IMG/VR virus record: IMGVR_UViG_3300034352_000138
Strand: one strand, 5' to 3'
Source: a virus
Length of the DNA stretch: 60,339 nucleotides
Positions 44,926 to 54,205 of the stretch are shown one piece after another (within the stretch, counting starts at the first letter, position 1; each line of letters starts with the position of its first letter). Under the pieces are notes generated by a model that saw nothing but the letters and a program-made list of their open reading frames with translations, was not told the origin of the DNA and searched no databases. The translations under genes were made by a program, and so were the position numbers.

Positions 44926-45119
44926 TTGTTTCGCTCATCTAGTGAATTGTAGAGGCATCGGTCAATTCGCCAGGATCTATGACCAGCGATCTTGGCATAG
45001 CGGCGGGCTTTAACGCAGGCTTGGGTAAAGTTACTGGCGACAACTTTACGGTCCTTTTGCTTGGTTCCGTATTTATCATAGAAGTAGATGATGTAGGAGC
45101 CGACTTCTAGTGCTGCCAT
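44901..45119 (-). CDS. Hypothetical protein (72 aa)
   Basis: ORF coupled to thyX. Confidence 0.5.
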   Translation of the reverse strand: MAALEVGSYIIYFYDKYGTKQKDRKVVASNFTQACVKARRYAKIAGHRSWRIDRCLYNSLDERNKWDKNFCK

Positions 45120-45727
45120 GCTACAGCTCCTATAGTTGGCATTTCAAAGCACATGATTTCTTTGATTTGCTCAGCTATATCTCGATGCTCAGCTTGGGTG
45201 TCTTCTTCTCCTCGAAGTGCAGTGTAATGGAGCCAGCTTCGGATATTTCCTGTCATGTAGAGGCGGGAGGTTGTACATTCGGGGAGCAGGAATCGTGCTG
45301 TCTCTTTAGCAACTCCGTCCGCTATTGCTTTTCTGTAGGCAGTCTCGGCAGAGATTTCTAGATTCTCTTTGAGGATCTGGAAGTTGTTTTGCGTGAAGTC
45401 ATCGAGATCATTAATTGAGGATTGACGATTCTTCTCAGCTTGGCGCCTAGCAACTACGGGTTCGAAATTCAGATTTTCAGCATATCGTTGAGAGAACTCT
45501 TGGAAGCAGAATGAACGATGTCGTAATATCTGTCGGGCTATGGCTCTAGAGGTGTTTATCTCTACAGTCATCGATGCATGTTCGAAAGGTGACCAATGTT
45601 TGTGCTCAATACAGTAGGAGAGAAGTTTTCTTATTTCTGGATTAGTTTGGTTATCTGAAGTAACTCTCGCACAGTAAGCGATGATCTTTTCAGCGTCGGG
45701 GGTGATGGCGATTAGCTTTGTGTTCAT
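45107..45727 (-). CDS. thyX: FAD-dependent thymidylate synthase ThyX
   Basis: ThyX signature RHRSFCFQEFSQRY, plus HWSPFEH. Confidence 0.9.
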   Translation of the reverse strand: MNTKLIAITPDAEKIIAYCARVTSDNQTNPEIRKLLSYCIEHKHWSPFEHASMTVEINTSRAIARQILRHRSFCFQEFSQRYAENLNFEPVVARRQAEKNRQSSINDLDDFTQNNFQILKENLEISAETAYRKAIADGVAKETARFLLPECTTSRLYMTGNIRSWLHYTALRGEEDTQAEHRDIAEQIKEIMCFEMPTIGAVAWQH

Positions 45728-45972
45728 GGTTTAGCTACTCTTGTGCCTTTATAGTAGATATGACTTTGCTCTAGCATTGTGTCCAGGTCACCCACTGGGT
45801 GATCGGGTAGTTCTTTGATTCGATGGTATATGTTAAGGGCTTCATTAAGGGTTCTGTGGTAACTGAGATGGAATACCCGTTTGTTCTGGTATATTCGAAC
45901 ACGGTAACGTTCTCTAGTTTCTTCGTACCAAATTCCTCTGGGTAGTTTTACAGGTAGTTTAGTTAGTGTCAT
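45724..45972 (-). CDS. AP2-like DNA-binding domain protein (82 aa)
   Basis: RGIWYEETRERYRVRIYQNKRVFHLSYHRTLNEALNIY follows the AP2 strand-strand-helix pattern. Confidence 0.5.
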   Translation of the reverse strand: MTLTKLPVKLPRGIWYEETRERYRVRIYQNKRVFHLSYHRTLNEALNIYHRIKELPDHPVGDLDTMLEQSHIYYKGTRVAKP

Positions 45973-46351
45973 TGATTACAGTATCCATGAATTTAAGGAA
46001 GGGTTCATCATCAGTATGTACCCATATGATTAGGTCTAATAAAGTGATCTTCTCTCCGAATACAAATGGATTTGCCCTGGTTGCGATCCCATTGGCTAAT
46101 GCGGGGTTTCGGTGGATGTATTTGCAGATTTGCCGGTGTCGGGCTTTATTTACTGGGTCCCCAGATATTAGCTGTGGAACTGGATATCTTTCATCTAGGT
46201 AGTGGACAATAGTAGATAGGTCTGAAAATCTATTCTCTCTAGTGATGAGTTGTGTGATGGGAGTTTCTTTGGCTTCAAATTCAATCCCTTTGAGTTTTAG
46301 AATTGCGTAGATTAGATTAAATCCGGGGCCTGAGCCTTCTAAGTGGTACAT
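45959..46351 (-). CDS. Compact GST-fold / stringent-starvation-protein-A (SspA)-like protein (130 aa)
   Basis: STIVHYLDERYPVPQLISGDPVNKARHR parallels E. coli SspA [29 protein letters not shown]. The thioredoxin-like N-terminus is LKLKGIEFEAKE and a later match is PFVFGEKITLLDL. Confidence 0.5.
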   Translation of the reverse strand: MYHLEGSGPGFNLIYAILKLKGIEFEAKETPITQLITRENRFSDLSTIVHYLDERYPVPQLISGDPVNKARHRQICKYIHRNPALANGIATRANPFVFGEKITLLDLIIWVHTDDEPFLKFMDTVINDTN

Positions 46352-46716
46352 AGTGTTTTTTCCATCCAGGTTATTAGTTCTTTTCTGGAGATGGCTTCAT
46401 CCTTACTGACTTTATGAGTTTCCCAGCTCTGGTCTTTAAAGATTAGGCAATCTGACGGAGAGCCGACGACTACGAATACATTACGTCCTTCGTTATATCG
46501 CTCTCTTAGCCATTTTAATTGGAGGCGGGATAACTTAGGTTTAACTCGTTTAGGAAGCCCCTTTGGGTAAAACTTATATTCGATCCATAAATCGATTTTT
46601 GGTGTTGAGTAGTAGGTATCTGCAACGCCCGAAGAGAATCTATCGCTGATTTTCCAACGATAGATCTCTTTTGGGAGTTTAGTATGTAGGGCTCGGATGA
46701 ACCCCGATTCGTTCAC
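46339..46716 (-). CDS. VRR-NUC-type PD-(D/E)XK nuclease
   Basis: GVADTYY...IDLWIEYKF (D...E-x-K) followed by LSRLQLKWLRERYNEGRNVFVVVG. Confidence 0.55.
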   Translation of the reverse strand: MNESGFIRALHTKLPKEIYRWKISDRFSSGVADTYYSTPKIDLWIEYKFYPKGLPKRVKPKLSRLQLKWLRERYNEGRNVFVVVGSPSDCLIFKDQSWETHKVSKDEAISRKELITWMEKTLCTT

Positions 46717-47384
46717 CCTTGGTCAAGTACTAGCTGTGCGTCGTCCCGTAACGCTACGATTTCCTGTAGATAAGGATGTGGCGTAGCGTTGGCATACTGA
46801 ATTAGAGGGTAAGTTACTCTAGGTTCGAACTGCAAATCCACTTTAACTTGTAGTGGCATTAAGTGGTTAGTTTCACCTAGGTCCCGTACAAAGTTAAGGA
46901 AGGGTTTGATAGAGGATGGAGGGAGATCAATTAACCACGGTGTAGTACCCTTCTCTTTCTTAGGAGCTGGGTCTACAGGGACAATAGCGAGGGCGATACC
47001 GTTTTTACAACGCTTACCTTTGCTCATCCCTTCGGCTGAGCCCCAGACATCCCATTTACAGGTATTGCAGCCTTCATCGCTTTGTTTGGCTGTAGAGCGA
47101 TCGTTAGGTTCTAGAAGGTCTTCGTCTTTATTGGACGCGAAGCATACGGGAGGCTTTTTATCCATTGAGTTGTAGGCTTCGGGGAAGTACTTACGGGTAT
47201 AACGCCAATCAAGAATAATGGCTGTTAATGGTCCATCTGAAGTGACGCCACTAGGTAAACTAAACTTCTTACCCCCTAGTTTTATCGAAGTAGGGTCGTA
47301 CGTGGATTTCTCGAATGAAGCAGTTTGGGCTTCGAGTTCTTTCTTTAGCTGTGCTTGAATATCAAGTAGGGCCTGACTTGCCAT
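46713..47384 (-). CDS. Hypothetical Cys-rich protein (223 aa), possible ssDNA-binding/recombination factor
   Basis: Cysteines in PVCF, GCNTCKW and KRCKN suggest a zinc site. It lies in the replication module. Confidence 0.6.
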   Translation of the reverse strand: MASQALLDIQAQLKKELEAQTASFEKSTYDPTSIKLGGKKFSLPSGVTSDGPLTAIILDWRYTRKYFPEAYNSMDKKPPVCFASNKDEDLLEPNDRSTAKQSDEGCNTCKWDVWGSAEGMSKGKRCKNGIALAIVPVDPAPKKEKGTTPWLIDLPPSSIKPFLNFVRDLGETNHLMPLQVKVDLQFEPRVTYPLIQYANATPHPYLQEIVALRDDAQLVLDQG

Positions 47385-47394
47385 ATATTACCTC

Positions 47395-47793
47395 TTAGGA
47401 TTTCTTTCTAAGTGAAATGGATACTTTGGTGTAGGGTCGTAGCCCTGGAACTTCTTCACCTTGTTGTAGTAGCTCTCTAAAGCCTGTTGCTAGGACTCGT
47501 TTTCCTAGTAAGTACAGCGAATCGGTTTCTTTGATATAAGCTTCAAAGGCGTCCCAATCCTCAATTACAGGTAATACAAGTTCGGTTCGTCTGGCAGTGG
47601 CTTGTTTACCGGCACTTGTATCGGTGTCTTCTTCTTCTAAGCGGTGTAACAACTGGGATTCGAGTAGATCAATATCAGATTTGATGTCTTTAATTGAACT
47701 TTCTAACTCTTTTTTCTCAGCTTTAAGCGCATACATCTCATCGATAATTTTACCAATTGTTAGTGCTGGGGCTGTTTGGGCTGTTGTACTCAT
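47395..47793 (-). CDS. Hypothetical coiled-coil protein (132 aa), Gp157/Gam-like by architecture only
   Basis: It has an N-terminal coiled coil and precedes the recombination-type genes. Confidence 0.55.
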   Translation of the reverse strand: MSTTAQTAPALTIGKIIDEMYALKAEKKELESSIKDIKSDIDLLESQLLHRLEEEDTDTSAGKQATARRTELVLPVIEDWDAFEAYIKETDSLYLLGKRVLATGFRELLQQGEEVPGLRPYTKVSISLRKKS

Positions 47794-49130
47794 GTCTCTA
47801 GTAACTCCAATAAGTGATTCATCTTTGATACTTTACTTTCTAGACGTTTGTAAGCGTTGACGTCTATGGTGCCGTGAGCGGCGATCAGAATGGTTTCTGT
47901 CTTTCTGTCTTGGCCAGCTCGGTAGATTCTTCGGTTAAACTGTTGGTACTGTTCTGCGTTGTATGTGGGGGAGGCCCAGATGGTGGTAGTTCCTTTAGTT
48001 AGGGTTAATCCGTGAGAAGCAGATGCTGGGTGGGCGTATATGACTTTGATTAGTCCGCTTTGGAAATCAGCAACAGCTTGGTTTCTTTGTTCTATACTCT
48101 GAGATCCATCGATTACTGCGTATGCGTAACCACGTTTCTTAGCTAAGTCGATAAGCGCATCTCTTTGGTGTGTCCAATTGAATGCAACTAAGCATTGATC
48201 CCGTTCATCGATGAGATCTGTGATTAGTTCGTATCGCTCTTTGGCTAGTTTGAGGATACTTACATCACCGTATACTGAGCCGGATGCAACTTGCATAAGT
48301 TTTGTAGCTAGGGAAGCTGCATTTACTGCAGAAACAGATTTGTCTTTGCCGAAAGAGACCAGGGCTTGGTTTTTGAGTTCTTGGTATATCCGCATATGGG
48401 CTCGAGTAAGGTGAATCTCTAGAGTGCGTACACGATTGGCGGGTATATCTACGCAATCTTCAAATTTGTGCCTAATGTTTATATCTTGGATAAGTCCATA
48501 GATTGCTTCCTGTATATGATCTTTTTCTACCCATTCAGTAAAGGGGCCTCGAGACTGAGGGACATGGGTTGCAGATCTGAATTTCCAGTACGAAGTTCCA
48601 AGTCGTTCTCCGTCATCTACTAGTTTCATTTGATGCCAGATATCTATGATGCCGTTAGGATTTGGGGTTCCTGTCATGAGTATCTTGTTATCGAAATAGC
48701 TGGCTATGGTGGCCATAGCTTTGCTTCGTTTACTTCTAGGGTTCTTATAGGCTGTTGACTCATCTATGCAGAGGAAGTCAAAATCATCCCATGTCCAGTT
48801 AGCAGCCATCCATGAAGCGGCGTCATGGTTAACGAGGACTATATCTACTGCTTGATCGTCTAATGCTTGTTGTCGGTTCTTTGCTGTGGCGATTCGATAT
48901 GTAAGTTCTGGGGCGAATTTCATAATATCTACGGCCCAAGAGGGGTGGAGTATGCTCTTAGGCGCAAATATCAGGGTTCGGTAATAGGTACTTTGGCGGA
49001 TGTGTTCGAGGACACAGCGAGTTTTTCCAGTACCGGGATCTGAGGTGATGAAGACTTTCGGGTTGTCCTTGAGAAATTCGATGGTTTCTGTTTGGTGATC
49101 GAATAGCTCAGGTTGGGCCAGGGCGCTCAT
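47790..49130 (-). CDS. SNF2-family helicase
   Basis: Motif I DPGTGKTR, motif II LCIDESTAYKN, and C-terminal helicase motifs HGLTLTKG and RIYRAGQDRKT. Confidence 0.85.
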   Translation of the reverse strand: MSALAQPELFDHQTETIEFLKDNPKVFITSDPGTGKTRCVLEHIRQSTYYRTLIFAPKSILHPSWAVDIMKFAPELTYRIATAKNRQQALDDQAVDIVLVNHDAASWMAANWTWDDFDFLCIDESTAYKNPRSKRSKAMATIASYFDNKILMTGTPNPNGIIDIWHQMKLVDDGERLGTSYWKFRSATHVPQSRGPFTEWVEKDHIQEAIYGLIQDINIRHKFEDCVDIPANRVRTLEIHLTRAHMRIYQELKNQALVSFGKDKSVSAVNAASLATKLMQVASGSVYGDVSILKLAKERYELITDLIDERDQCLVAFNWTHQRDALIDLAKKRGYAYAVIDGSQSIEQRNQAVADFQSGLIKVIYAHPASASHGLTLTKGTTTIWASPTYNAEQYQQFNRRIYRAGQDRKTETILIAAHGTIDVNAYKRLESKVSKMNHLLELLET

Positions 49131-49288
49131 AGGTTTGTATTAATGCAGTCGATAGTTTCTACGATATCATCGAGTTTCTTTACGATTTTTTCAGTCTGGA
49201 TTACTAGGTGTTCTAGTGCCTCGACTTGTCTAACTTTTAATTTAAAGGTTTCTTCTTCTAAGCGTATAGCTGTCATGTTGTTCCACAT
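49127..49288 (-). CDS. Small coiled-coil protein (53 aa), not in the ORF track
   Basis: Hand translation MWNNMTAIRLEEETFKLKVRQVEALEHLVIQTEKIVKKLDDIVETIDCINTNL. TAATG overlap upstream and ATGA overlap downstream. Confidence 0.5.
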   Translation of the reverse strand: MWNNMTAIRLEEETFKLKVRQVEALEHLVIQTEKIVKKLDDIVETIDCINTNL

Positions 49289-49959
49289 TATTCAGTTACT
49301 CCATATTGGCAGTGGTCGGTCCCAAAGGGTCCATAGGTACAGTATCGGCAGTTCCATTTGTTGTTAATGGCTTTGAATACTGTGTCGTATTGCAGGGTAG
49401 TTACTCGGCGTTCGTAGTTCTTTATGAACTTGTCGATTTGTTTCCGGTTGTAGGTTGTGGTTTTTACAAAGCCTTGATCTACGTAGGCAAATTCAACGTG
49501 GAATTTCTCTATGCTAGGGTATCGTTTGGATGCTCCTATAGCGTAGAGTTGTCCTTGTGATATTCGTTTGATTGGGTAGTCCTTACCGGTTTTCCAATCT
49601 ATGATCCAACATTGCGGTGGGTCTACGATGAAAGCATCTAGCTTCATTCGGCAACAGATATCTTCCTTATCCCATTCGGTAACTTTCCATGTATCTGTGA
49701 AGCCCCAGTCTTGTTCGACAATTGGGTTAGCTTCTTTTATTGCCGCGCAGTAGTCTTCGATCCCTGATGCTTCTTCGGGGATTTCAGAATCTTTAAGGAG
49801 GAAGTCTTCTAACTGGGTATGGATGCGGTTACCCCGGACCATGGGGTTATTTGCATCTGGTGTAGGTTCGGGTATTCGATCTATGTATTTGAGCTTATAT
49901 CTTTGGGGGCATCCCTCATACAGTGTCAGGGAGCTGAAACTCCATGGGCGGTTGCTCAT
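49288..49959 (-). CDS. Cas4/RecB-like PD-(D/E)XK exonuclease with Fe-S cysteines
   Basis: N-terminal CPQRYKLKY, IIDWKTGK, GQLYAIG, and a C-terminal CRYCTYGPFGTDHC cluster. Confidence 0.8.
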   Translation of the reverse strand: MSNRPWSFSSLTLYEGCPQRYKLKYIDRIPEPTPDANNPMVRGNRIHTQLEDFLLKDSEIPEEASGIEDYCAAIKEANPIVEQDWGFTDTWKVTEWDKEDICCRMKLDAFIVDPPQCWIIDWKTGKDYPIKRISQGQLYAIGASKRYPSIEKFHVEFAYVDQGFVKTTTYNRKQIDKFIKNYERRVTTLQYDTVFKAINNKWNCRYCTYGPFGTDHCQYGVTE

Positions 49960-50092
49960 TTAGGGGGGTCTCCAATTGGTTTAGGTTTTGGTGGAGTTGG
50001 GTTAGTTCTCTTTCGTGGCGAGTTAGGGCAGTTTGCATAGTTTCGATTTGTTCTAATAGAGAACCTAGGGTTTGTTGTATTGGGTAGTTCAT
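49916..50092 (-). CDS. Possible small protein (58 aa), not in the ORF track
   Basis: Hand translation MNYPIQQTLGSLLEQIETMQTALTRHERELTQLHQNLNQLETPLNEQPPMEFQLPDTV. It overlaps the nuclease start by 44 nt. Confidence 0.3.
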   Translation of the reverse strand: MNYPIQQTLGSLLEQIETMQTALTRHERELTQLHQNLNQLETPLNEQPPMEFQLPDTV

Positions 50093-50094
50093 AG

Positions 50095-52401
50095 TTAATT
50101 TTCTTTTCTAATTGGTATTACTGTGCCGGGGATGTTTTCCCCTGGTTCAGGGAGGTCTAGGTCTTCAATCTCTCCTTCCCATTCTGTCTCGAAGACAAAC
50201 CGGCGTATTTTATTAACACGCTTTCTGGAGAACTCCACTCCGTGGTGGGCACAGATGGTAGTGAATTTGTTTAAGGATGGGGCATTGTCGGATTTTATAT
50301 TTGAGACATAGATGTATACCCTTAGTAGATCTTCCTTGAATATAGGGCATTTACTTCCCAGGGAATTTATCCAAGTTTTTATCACTTGCTCAAACGCAGT
50401 ATATTGGAGGATCTTTGATATTGGAGGATTTGGTTCTAATTGATCCGTGAAGAAATCTAGGTCCCCGGTTATAATCGCTTCGAAGATATTGTCATGGCTA
50501 GAGCGACTCTTTTTAATTAGTTTCGCTCGCGACACATTCATTAGAGGTTTTCGTATCTCTGCTTTGGTTATTTGAATACTCTTTAAGTATTTACAGAAGT
50601 CTGTTAATTCATTAGTAAGTGCTTCGGCAAACTCATCATCCATATCGAGCATCTTTTCTTGTCGGGGAGCGACATTGAATCTACGATCATCTCCTCTCAT
50701 CTTAATGGGTATATCTGCGTTAGATAAGAATAGGAAATTAGTGAAGTTGGGACGCATCTTCTGATCTTTTCGCATTCCTCGGATGGTCACAAAGGGATCT
50801 GTTATGTATGTTCGTAATATGCCGTAAGCGTGTTTATTGGCTTGGGTGTCGTCTAATTCAAATTCATCGACTACGCATATTAAGCAGTGTTCTATGGATG
50901 CATTTTTCTCCTCGATAATCATTCGAGTATTAGAGAATTGAGTATGCTCAAATCCAAATATTGGCTGGAGGATGTGGGAGTAGAGGGTTCCTTTACCCGT
51001 GCCGGTTCGTCCGTGGAGTAGCCAGCATGTTTCTGCTTTGCTTCTTGTTTGGAGTATGAAGGCCAGCCATTTAACGAAATGGTCATAGCACTCATCGTCT
51101 ACAAGAGTGTGTCGGAGTAGTTTTTCAGTATAAGGCGGACAAGTTGGAATCGTTTCAGTTACTTCTAGATATTGAGTTGGCTTGAATAAGTTAAACCATT
51201 TATTTGTAGGTTCAATTTGGGCTAATCGTGGGGGGTTGAATTCTACCTTCCAATCAAATACGTGTTTGACTGGTTCTTCTCCGTTAGTTACTAAGAAATC
51301 TGTAAGCCGAGTTTTACTGGAGGTGATGTTGTACTCTTCTACTTCATTAGTTACGGTATCGTATTTAACTTGGTAGTAGTGATCTGGACCGGGGTCTCTA
51401 AAGACTATTGCTTTGGTCTGTTTAAGCTCTCCAGTGAGGGAGTTGACTGTGAGGCCCGAACCGCCAACTGGGTTTTTAATGTGATATTGAGCATAGAGTT
51501 TAGGGTCTAAGTCTTTGAGCCTCATAAGGGGCTCTTCTTTGAAGTTGTAGATCGTTTCGGGTTGATCTATTTTGAAGTAATAACCCCAACTGTCGCCCCC
51601 ATTAAGATTTAATCGAATGAAATCCCCGTCTTCTTTCTGGTCGGTGATTCTAACTTCTTGGGGTTTTACGGTTATATACCCATTGTGGGGTTTAGGGGCC
51701 GAGACCAGGCCTTCATTACCGCGGAGTTCATTTATTGTGTCCTGTACGTTGTATTCGCCGGTGAGGTGGTGGAAGGTGAGTAAGTCTTTATTATGTTTGA
51801 TTAGGGTGAAGCGTTTTGTGATCGGGTCGGTCTCCTGGATGGGAGGCGCGAGGTAAATTAGCTTACCGTTGTCATTTACAGTGATGTCCAGGGGCCACTT
51901 GAGGCATAGTTTATTGTTACTAAGTTCCAGATGGTCATAAAGATGCTGGAAGTTAAGAGTTTTAATTGTTTCTTTGATATCTGATGTGGCTATATCTGCA
52001 TCTAGTAGGAAGAAGTAATGCCCTCTTATGGAGGCGTCGTCTTTTGATTTGGAGGAGAACTGGAATATGTAGCTGGTATCGCTAAACCCAATTGAGTTTA
52101 CAAAGTCATCTCGAGTGTTGAAGGGTAAGTTGTCGTTATCTACATCGAGTACGATGAGTTTGGTTTTTTGTTGTTTGGCTTTACCGGCTCTAGACTCATT
52201 GTTTAGGGCTTTTTCTAACTCTCCTTTGATTAGACAGTTGCCTTGGTCGGCGTGGAGTTTAAGTGCTGTGAGTAGTGAATCGAGATCAGTGCAGGTGTGG
52301 GTGAAGCTGTTGAAGTTTAATACTTGCGGGTAACTCTGGTTAGTGATTAAGTTCTTCACTAAAGGTGTGCCGTCGCTTGCGGCTAAGAACGTCGTTATCA
52401 T
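50095..52401 (-). CDS. Primase-helicase: AEP-type prim-pol N-terminus fused to an SF3 (D5-like) helicase
   Basis: LIVLDVDN and IRGHYFFLL (AEP motifs I/II-like). Walker A LLHGRTGTGKGTL, Walker B LICVVDEFE. Confidence 0.8.
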   Translation of the reverse strand: MITTFLAASDGTPLVKNLITNQSYPQVLNFNSFTHTCTDLDSLLTALKLHADQGNCLIKGELEKALNNESRAGKAKQQKTKLIVLDVDNDNLPFNTRDDFVNSIGFSDTSYIFQFSSKSKDDASIRGHYFFLLDADIATSDIKETIKTLNFQHLYDHLELSNNKLCLKWPLDITVNDNGKLIYLAPPIQETDPITKRFTLIKHNKDLLTFHHLTGEYNVQDTINELRGNEGLVSAPKPHNGYITVKPQEVRITDQKEDGDFIRLNLNGGDSWGYYFKIDQPETIYNFKEEPLMRLKDLDPKLYAQYHIKNPVGGSGLTVNSLTGELKQTKAIVFRDPGPDHYYQVKYDTVTNEVEEYNITSSKTRLTDFLVTNGEEPVKHVFDWKVEFNPPRLAQIEPTNKWFNLFKPTQYLEVTETIPTCPPYTEKLLRHTLVDDECYDHFVKWLAFILQTRSKAETCWLLHGRTGTGKGTLYSHILQPIFGFEHTQFSNTRMIIEEKNASIEHCLICVVDEFELDDTQANKHAYGILRTYITDPFVTIRGMRKDQKMRPNFTNFLFLSNADIPIKMRGDDRRFNVAPRQEKMLDMDDEFAEALTNELTDFCKYLKSIQITKAEIRKPLMNVSRAKLIKKSRSSHDNIFEAIITGDLDFFTDQLEPNPPISKILQYTAFEQVIKTWINSLGSKCPIFKEDLLRVYIYVSNIKSDNAPSLNKFTTICAHHGVEFSRKRVNKIRRFVFETEWEGEIEDLDLPEPGENIPGTVIPIRKEN

Positions 52402-52457
52402 GCTCTACTCTCTTTTAATCTATCGAACGATTTTACTCCTGACTAGCACTGGGGCTT

Positions 52458-53525
52458 TTATAGATCTTCGCGGATCGTTATACCTATCGGGAACTGAGGT
52501 TGACCGAATTCTGTTAGGGTAAAGTACCGGACAGTTACCATCTTTCCGATGTATTCATTTGGGTGGTCAATTTGATGTCTACGTTCTGCATCCGTCCCTT
52601 TCATACGAACTTTGAATCCATCGCATACCAGGATGCCGTTGCCATCTTTATCAGCTTCTACACCTTGTACTAGATATTCAGATTCTTTGAATTTCTTGTA
52701 TTTGAATAGGTCAGGAGATCGTTGGCCTCGTACATAGGGACTAAGGGCGTGACGGAGCATTAATCCTTCATAGCCTTGGTCGAGGTAGTTTTTCAGGTGT
52801 TTATCGACCTCTTTAGGTCCTCCAAGTATTGGTGTATTGGGGACTAGCTTTATAAGGGGGTTATTGATGTTCTCAACTATGTTTTTAGCGCACTCATATC
52901 TAAGTTTGTATCCCCAAGGTTGGTCCCAAGGTTTATCGGGGACGACATCGAAAATTCTAAATTGGATTCTAGGGGTCATGTCATTGGGTTTTTTAACCGC
53001 TCTGACAATTCGATTTAGGGGAGTGTTGTGAAGGTATAGTTCCCCATCTAGCATGCGGTGAACGGCATCGGGTATGAGAGCTTCCAGGTGAGGGACTTTA
53101 TAAAAGGTTCCTTTTCGAGACTGGAACCCTTTACCAGGGATATAGATTGCGCGGACACCATCTAGTTTAGGTGAGCCCCATACTGATTCAAGGGTCCATA
53201 AGACTTGGTGGGATAGCTTTGTGTAATCTCGGGCTAACATGGGTTGTACGAATTCTGAGTACTCGAGATTGTTGATGTCTTCTGAATAGCCTTCTCGTTC
53301 TTTACGCTTTACCCATTTGGCTTCTGCTTCCAGTAAAGCCTGTTGTTCTGGTGTAGTTTCATTACTTCGACCTACATTTTTAGCTTTGCAAGTAGTTACT
53401 TTAGAAATTAATTTTCCGTCCTTTAAGCCATGATGGCAGGTGAAAGTTTCGGTGTTAACTGTTACAAACCATTCACGAATCTTTCCCTTTGAATCTAATT
53501 TGTATAGCGGTTTATTAAAGTTCAT
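52458..53525 (-). CDS. lig: ATP-dependent DNA ligase
   Basis: Motif I SPKLDGVRA, motif III MLDGELY, motif IV YEGLMLR, motif V LFKYKKF. Confidence 0.93.
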   Translation of the reverse strand: MNFNKPLYKLDSKGKIREWFVTVNTETFTCHHGLKDGKLISKVTTCKAKNVGRSNETTPEQQALLEAEAKWVKRKEREGYSEDINNLEYSEFVQPMLARDYTKLSHQVLWTLESVWGSPKLDGVRAIYIPGKGFQSRKGTFYKVPHLEALIPDAVHRMLDGELYLHNTPLNRIVRAVKKPNDMTPRIQFRIFDVVPDKPWDQPWGYKLRYECAKNIVENINNPLIKLVPNTPILGGPKEVDKHLKNYLDQGYEGLMLRHALSPYVRGQRSPDLFKYKKFKESEYLVQGVEADKDGNGILVCDGFKVRMKGTDAERRHQIDHPNEYIGKMVTVRYFTLTEFGQPQFPIGITIREDL

Positions 53526-53583
53526 ATAGACCTCGTATAGAGTATTTTGGATTAGCGTCGCTTTTTAAGAAGCTCTATATAGT

Positions 53584-53623
53584 GGAAATAGAAAGGCCCC
53601 CTAATCTTCTCGTTAGGAGGCCT
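53584..53623 (-). terminator. Rho-independent terminator (leftward)
   Basis: Minus strand AGGCCTCCTAA-8 nt-TTAGGGGGCCT followed by TTCTATTTCC. Confidence 0.65.
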
Positions 53624-53827
53624 TAGTTTGAAAGTTGGCTAGCTCTCAGCGGAGTAACATCTAAGGCTTATGTCTAACCTACACTTTCAACACAAGAAGA
53701 GCGTGTACTAAAGATGTTATGAGACTGGACTCCCTTAACTTTCGGTCAGTGTTTTTACGAATCAACCCACCGCTGACTGGGATTGTCCGGCTTCTTCTCC
53801 CCTCGGAGAACCCTGCCGACAGGGTCT

Positions 53828-54142
53828 TTATAGAGTTCCTTTAGGGTGTTCTAAGGCTAGTAAGAAGATTAGGCAGCACATTGCGTGAGCTAAGTGTGGT
53901 TCTTGAGTTTCTTTATCAAGAATTTCACCCGCCTGATAAGCGGCTAGATGTCGTTGTGCGGCGGCGAAATACCTACGTTCAGCATCAGGTACGTCTCGCC
54001 AGTTATCTCTGCCATACTTTTCCGCCCCGAACATCAGTACGTGGAGGACTGGTTCTAGGGCCTGCATCGGCAATAAGCTCCAGTCGGTTTTGAATTCGTC
54101 GAATTTTTGTCCTAATTTGATCTGCTTTACGTTCTTGCTCAT
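53828..54142 (-). CDS. DUF5664-type dATP/dGTP pyrophosphohydrolase-like protein
   Basis: LLPMQALEPVLHVLMFGAEKYGRDNW...AAQRHLAAYQAGEILDKETQEPHLAHAMCCLIFLL matches the family signature (GAxKY..NW, RH, HLAHA) as I recall it. Confidence 0.65.
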   Translation of the reverse strand: MSKNVKQIKLGQKFDEFKTDWSLLPMQALEPVLHVLMFGAEKYGRDNWRDVPDAERRYFAAAQRHLAAYQAGEILDKETQEPHLAHAMCCLIFLLALEHPKGTL

Positions 54143-54205
54143 CTATCATGTCCTGTGTGTCGTGGAGCCATTTAAGGAGTTCTACAATGTAAGGGTCTGG
54201 GGTCA

